This document shows positions 57,531 to 64,000 of a stretch of 64,000 nucleotides of DNA, in pieces. Positions within the stretch are counted from its first letter, which is position 1; the number at the start of each line of letters is the position of its first letter. The stretch covers positions 4,588,001 to 4,652,000 of the forward strand of contig JBHGNT010000005.1 of NCBI GenBank assembly GCA_043228905.1, written 5' to 3'. Source of the DNA: Azolla caroliniana (lineage: Eukaryota; Plantae; Polypodiophyta). The notes beneath the pieces were generated by a model, which was not told the origin of the DNA, did no database searches, and saw only the letters and a list, made by a program, of their open reading frames with translations. A program made the position numbers and the translations under genes.

Positions 57531-59571
57531 TAAGAGCTTGGAGATACCAAATGACATGATTTGGGCCATTTATGCCCTATATGAGCAAGTCTATGGGCGC
57601 GTAAGATGCCCAGGTGGCCTATCCGATTGTTTCACTAGCACCATTGGTGTAAAACAGGGTTGCCCCCTATCACCGACTCTTTTTGGGATCTACATTGATG
57701 AGATCACTGATTTTATTGCTCGTAAGGGAGGCAAAGGAGTGGCTATTGGGGATACGCAAGTTAGTCTCTTACTCTACGCATACGACATTGTCTTGCTCTC
57801 GGAGTCGGAACACGACCTACAAAAGCATCTTAATGCCCTAGATGACTTTTGTACACAACGAGGACTGGTAGTGAATCTAGCGAAAACTAAAGTCCTTATC
57901 TTTCATACATCGTCCAGAGTTAGGAGTAAATGTCACCTCATCCTCTCTCATAAACTAGTTGAGGTGGTGGGATCTTATGTATACTTGGGAGTCACTTTTA
58001 GTGCTCGCTCAGGTAAATTCTCGATGTCCCAGGCAGCCAAAGATAGGCTAACGAGAGGATATGCATCCCTCTCACTCTTAGAGAGACAATGCCACCAAGC
58101 ATACTTTCAAGAGCCACGGACTAAGGGATGGCTTTTCGACTCATTAGTGACCCCGTCCCTCATGTATGCATCAGTAGTATGGGCTCCAGGTCTACCATCT
58201 TTCATGTGGACGCAATTGGAGAGACCTTTAGTGGTGATGTTATCACGTCAACTCCGAAGCAAATTGACAGTACCACATGACATTATTAGAGCGGAGTTTA
58301 GCCTACCCCGGATGTTAGTAGAAGCACTCTTTCAAGTGGTAGCTTTTATTCATCGGATACATAGTCAACCACAAGATAGGATATCCCGTCGAGCCTTTGA
58401 GGCATCCCGATCCTTACATGTGTCTGGAGACACCAACTCTTGGTATAGCATTGTGGTGAGTTGGTTATTTGCAAATGGCATAGACATTAATAACCTACCT
58501 CCCCTTAAGTACAACCATGGGACTGATCAAACTTTAATCTCTCGTGAAGATCGTAATAAAGTGATACGCCAAGAAATATGGCAAATCTACACTCGATACA
58601 AATGGATCACCCCACGAGAGCCACTCCCATCTAAAATGGTGTACTATAAGGAACACTTCTTGCACTTCTCTAAGTTAGGGTTTATTACACGACCAAGATA
58701 CCTAGATACTTTCTTATCAAATGCACTAAGGGTGGCCATTGGACAACTTAGGATATCATCTCACCAACTTGAGATTGAGAATGGTCGAGCTAATAGAGTC
58801 CCTAGAGAGGAAAGGCTATGTAGGTTATGCCACATAGAGATAGAGGATGAGTATCACTTCACATGCAAGTGCCCAACTTATGCCGAGATACGGGCGGAAT
58901 ACCAAGACATACTAGGACCCTCTCCCACCCTCTCCAAACTATTAGATACCCCGAGTGTAAAGAGACTAGGTAGGTATATCTTAGAGCTAAAACAACATAG
59001 GGAGGATAAATTACAAAGTGTTAATCATAACCCTTTTACTACTCATCAACATGTACCTAGTGTAATTTTTCAGGAACATGGGGAGACGATGAATGTGGAT
59101 ACACTTATGCCGCTCGGCCTCTCCCTTGAGGAAGCAGAAATACAAAGAGCAACCAAACGTCCTCGGATGTTGGGCTTCAACACAAGTCAACGTGGAGTAG
59201 AAAAGATTAAGAAGATAAGGGAACGTGAGCTACGTCGACTCGAAGCTATGGCTGGGGTACCTCTTACATGGGGACCACGGGCCACATCCACATCATGGCA
59301 ACCCTTTGACCCCCCGCTTCTCTTCGAGAGACTTGGATGGAAATGAAATTAGGCCTAGTATAGAATCATTCTCATTGTAGAACATGTTTTTTATATAGAA
59401 CATGTTTGTTGTTTTCTTAGAACTATTTAGCTTAAACTCTATTTTATCTTATTTTTATTTTTACTTTCGATGAATGGGTAAATATCCCATTTTTGTTGTA
59501 CACCATTTGTCTCATGGGCCAATTTTGGCCTTAGAAGACGTTAATATATCTTTCTTTCTTTCTTTCTTTCT
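57531..59571 (+). mobile_element. 5'-truncated, young RTE-like LINE with open 602-codon frame and (TTTC)n tail
   Basis: [29 protein letters not shown] (YADD position), YVYLGVTF, RLCRLCHIEIEDEYHFTCKC; 3' end AATATATC(TTTC)n. Confidence 0.92.
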
Positions 59572-59702
59572 GCATACCCCTCTCCCTACAAAGATTTCAC
59601 AAACTTAATGAGAATACATACCCCCCATGGAAATACAACATGAACAGGCCTCAATGTTCAAACTTCAAACCCCTGTTCCACAGAGAGATTGAGACAAGAG
59701 TC

Positions 59703-62700
59703 ATGAAACGCTTCTTCACAACTGTGCCGAAAGAACCCACCTCCAAGAAGCTCGCCATTACTCCTTCTGATCCTCGTCTTCCCATCCCACACTCAAAATC
59801 TGCAGGAAATATCGATTCTTCCCCTCCTCCTCCTCCTCCTCCAGTAAACTTAACAGATGATTGTAATAATGATAAACAGCCGAAGAATATCGAAGACCCA
59901 CTTCGATTCATGTCTTGGAATGCCAATAGCTTCATTCTTAGGCTCCGGAACAACCTTTCCGAGCTCACCACTTTTCTTCAACAGATGGATCCTGATGTTA
60001 TTGCAATACAGGTTTGTTCTTCCAGAAAACTTCGAAATGCCCCCAAGTTTTTATTCATTTCCCTTAAACGGACGCAAAGATTCATAATTTCCTGAAATGC
60101 CGTTGGAAAACGCCCTCTTGATGAATTAAACGTCCTATTTAAGCAATTGTATGGTCAATTCGTCCTCTCTCTCTATCTGAGGGTACAAGGGCATGCGAAA
60201 AGAAAAGGAAAAATCAGGGGTGGATTGGAGTTGTTCCCTTAGTTTTTCACACCACCGTTATTTTATTACTTAATTTAACACATTTCGAAGTGAAAAATTA
60301 AGAAAGGAATAATCTCGAGTATGGGAGCTCTTCTAGAGTGTTTGCTTATGCCCATATGAGTATTGCTACGTAAAAAAGAAACAAACTTGCTTACACATTG
60401 GCCATGGTGAAACTGGGAAGCAGTAAGCTTAAGTATGGAAATATTTACATAAGCATTCAAAAGGTAAAAAATGTAAAGAAATAAGCTTGTCTATATGGAG
60501 CCTCTTTTATGTTCACTTATACCTATATGGCCCTTGCAATCTTTGTATACCCATCTAATGGTGAAAATGTAAGGTGATAATCTTGTTATATTGGTCCCTA
60601 ATGTGCCAATGTCTTCCTGTACATGGTTCTAACAGCCTATAGCAGTTGTAGTCACAGTGGTACTTGAAAGGTGAACATTAGGTGGCATTGGGCCATATAA
60701 TATTTCCTTATACAATGGATGCCTAATTTAGGATTCCATATAAGCCTAGAGGTACAACACATTTTTATGTGGTTGAGTCACACTGGCCCTTGAATATCTG
60801 AAACTTAGGCAACTTTTGGTGAATTATGATTGTTATATGCACACACATAACCTCAATTAGGAGTTGATAATAACTCTAGGCATAGACCAGATTTGCATGT
60901 GGATGACTATGTCTATTCAGAGTCTGGATAGCTTCGATGGTTTCAATGGTTTTGTCAGCAACTAGAAAATGTTGCTCAAACATTGGGAATGTGTTAGCAA
61001 TCATGGGGGATAGTTTACAATCAATCACTATGTGATTTGGCCATGGACAATTAAAAACAACCAACAATGAAAATGAGATTCATATATTGGTTATTACTTC
61101 AAAATCAGTTAATTACAAAAAAACCCATACATCAAAAGTCGTTTCTAGCAATAGAGTACCATGCTGTTCTCAGCATTATATCCAAGCTCCCATACAATGT
61201 GTTTCTTCAGAATGTAATGAAGTGGTGAATACGTTTGGAAGCCTTGACAGATTGTTTGTTATGAAATGTTTGTGTGCAGGAGGTACGCATGCCAGCTGCT
61301 GGTCGAAAGGGTGAACCTAAGAACCGAGGGGAGATGAAAGATGATACGAATGGTGCACGAGATGATAAGCAGGTTATCTTATCATGGGTCAAACAGAGTT
61401 TGAATTTTCTATGAAAACTCAGAAATATGTTTCAATTTTTCATTATTTCCTTAAATACCTCTAATATTTTGTTATTACCCCAATTTTGTAAAATTTCCAC
61501 GAATACCCTTTGACACAATGCCTGAAAGATAGAAAAGGGGGATTGAATCAATTATATAGTTGCTCAAATAGCACATTTGAAATTGCTCAAGAGGTGGTTG
61601 ACCAAGTTCAGTCTTGGAGAAAATGAAGACTGATGGGTATTTAAGGGAAATAAGAAAAAGCTCTGGGTATTTCAGAGTTTTTTTCTCATTTTTCTATAAC
61701 TCTTGAGAGATCTTGTATTTTCTCTTACTATATGCATTTAATATCATGGCCAATAAAGTTCTCTTGCACTCGCAGTTTATTATGCGAACCCTCTCTTGCC
61801 CACCATTTGCGGATTACAGAGTTTGGTGGTCTTTGGCAGACACTAAATACGGGGGGACAGGGTTACTTGTGAAACGATGCTATAAGCCGTTGAACGTCAG
61901 ATTCTCTTTTGATCAAATTGGTGATACTTCTCTCTCTTCAACACTTTACTAATGAATCAACATTTACTATATTGGCATGTTATTTTGTTTATGATTTAAA
62001 ATGTTGATTCTCTTTGAAGTTGGTACTTCCATTCTTTTTGTCCTTCTGATATGATATTAAAAATGCAATTGATGTAGATACTAAGAAGCATGAAGCTGAT
62101 GGGAGAGTCATCTTTGTTGAATTCAATAGTTTTTATCTGATGAACACATATGCTCCTAACAATGGATGGAAAGATGAAGAGTCATCTTTCCAAAGGAGAA
62201 GAAAATGGGATCAAAGGATCCTGGATTTTGTTTCAAAAAGATCTGCGAAGCCCTTAATATGGTGCGGAGATTTGAATGTCAGGTAATAACCAAACCATAT
62301 TGCTTCCATACAGTCCATGTTGATGTAGTTTGTTTTAATTTTATAAACTTTATTTTTAAACTAATTAATATTTTTATTTTTGATGTAAAGCCATGGGGAA
62401 ATAGATGTAAGTCACCCTGAGTTTTTCAAGACTGCAAAGCAACAAGGATATGTTCCTCCTAATAGTGAGGTATTCTGTAGTTTACCATTGTATAGTGTTG
62501 AAATCAAATTTATTGATATATATGATGCTGTTTTAAGAGGGAAAGAAAACCTTGAGGCTCATACATTTAGGTTTTCCATGTTGGGAGAGAAAATTTACAT
62601 TCTTCTAAAAGATGTAATATCCAAATTGATGTGTAATAGAATCTAGATAAAGATTGATCTGCTATTGACATATGTTTCAAACGTTTTTTAAAAATTAAAC

Positions 62701-63696
62701 TTTGGTTGATGTATTCTTTGTAGGACAGTGGTCAACCTGGGTTTACGCAAGCTGAGCGAGACAGGTTTTCAAGAATATTGAAGGAGTACGATTTTTCATC
62801 TATTTTGTTTTGTTCCAGAATATGATGATGAGAAGATGATTTCAGTACAGTTTCTTGATTGAAAAGACTTTCATGATTCCTGGGAGTTGATTGCTAACCT
62901 TATCTGTTTAGCATACAGTGGAGATTTGATTGATACATATCGGTTTCTGCACATGCAAAAAGACATGGATGGAGGATTCAGTTGGTCTGGGCATCCGATT
63001 GGAAAGTATGCTATTTATTCTTATATTTAATCTTCTATATATCCAGATGATTAATCTGAAAAAATGTGTTTTTGCAAAGTTTTAAAAACATGTGAGTTGC
63101 AATATATGCACTTTCTAAAAAGTCTTTGCTGCTTTCATGTGAATGGGATTCCAAATCAAGTCTTTATAGTGTTCTCCATTTCAACAACTTGATTCAATTT
63201 GAGTTTCCAGTCCCATCATGCAAATCCGAATCTTAATAAATTTGGATTGCTTTATTTATTTTGGTTAGATATCGCGGCAAGCGCATGAGAATAGACTACT
63301 TCTTGATTGCTAGGGAGCTACTTCCAAGACTTGTGAAGAGTGAGATACATGGCCATGGTATCGAACTGGAAGGTAATAAAACCTGGCAACCTCACCGCAT
63401 AAATATTTATAAATGCAAATGTGTGTTTGCTTCCATGATTTGATCAAGGGAAAACTGTGTAATTGCCACATAAAGATTTATAAATACAAATGAGCATTAA
63501 CTTTCATTAACCAGAAGTTAAAATAAACATTTCAAGGATCTTAATTTGATCCAATTCCATATATAATGAAGATGGTCACATCAGGTTTTATGATCTGATT
63601 CAAGTCTATGATAATAATACAGGGTTTTATGGAAGTGATCACTGTCCTATCACCATGGAGTTAACATTGGAGCCAAACTTAACAGTTGTGCCATGA
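59703..63696 (+). CDS. APE1L: DNA-(apurinic/apyrimidinic site) endonuclease, APE1L-type; exons ~59703..60011, 61280..61351, 61775..61921, 62078..62282, 62391..62469, 62723..62785, 62919..63005, 63269..63372, 63623..63696
   Basis: MKRFF start as in plant APE1L; PLRFMSWNANSF, DPDVIAIQ|EVRMPAAG, YRVWWSLADTKYGGTG, HEADGRVIFVEF, NTYAPNNGWKDEE, IWCGDLNVSH, YRGKRMRIDYF, GFYGSDHCP; an in-frame upstream ATG at 59640 is possible. Confidence 0.93.
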
Positions 63697-64000
63697 CTGA
63701 CAACAACAATGGCACCACTATTCTGTTTTTTATTCAATTGAAGCTGATCTGAGCAAATTATGTTATGCACCACCATTTCTGGGGATTCATGTCTAATTTT
63801 GCCTAGTGGAAAATGCTCTCTCTATTGGGAGAACCCATTCCCATCCTCGCCAAGGGCTAGGCCCCATCTAATAGAATGCAATTGGTCTCCTGTGGACGGT
63901 AACAAGATAATTATCTACCTCTCTCTGTCAATGAGAGAACTTGGATTCAATCAATATGTTCAGAGATGCAGTGTGTGGTCAGATATATAAACATATACCA

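Noticed and set aside
57538-59346. 602-aa ORF as a domesticated host RT gene
   Set aside because: Begins mid-RT with a TTG, has a LINE 3' tail and a degenerate sister copy at 28176-30740; best explained as a young truncated insertion

Overview
Eukaryotic land-plant nuclear DNA with spliced GT-AG genes. It is most likely a fern, an inference from the style of the PLS-PPR repeats and the TE landscape. Genes: 3' part of an OB-fold (At4g28440-like) gene, SEC61-beta, RPL31, a large multi-exon gene (~11.3-27.2 kb), Sm D2, a gamma-glutamylcyclotransferase, a PLS-E PPR editing-factor-like gene and APE1L. Mobile DNA: a full-length Ty1/Copia element with LTRs, PBS and TSD, several RTE-like and L1-like LINE copies, a SINE-like relic and two Mutator-like elements. 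Two observations stand out. (1) The large gene, spliced by hand, appears to encode an Elongin C/SKP1-like domain fused directly to an Elongin A-like BC-box/cullin-box domain followed by RNI-type LRRs, i.e. a possible single-chain ubiquitin-ligase adaptor plus receptor. (2) One of its introns holds a 3.9-kb Mutator-like element that is an end-to-end diverged palindrome with a 9-bp TSD and Ulp1-protease-like remnants converging at its centre. All homology calls come from motif recognition by eye; no database searches were run.
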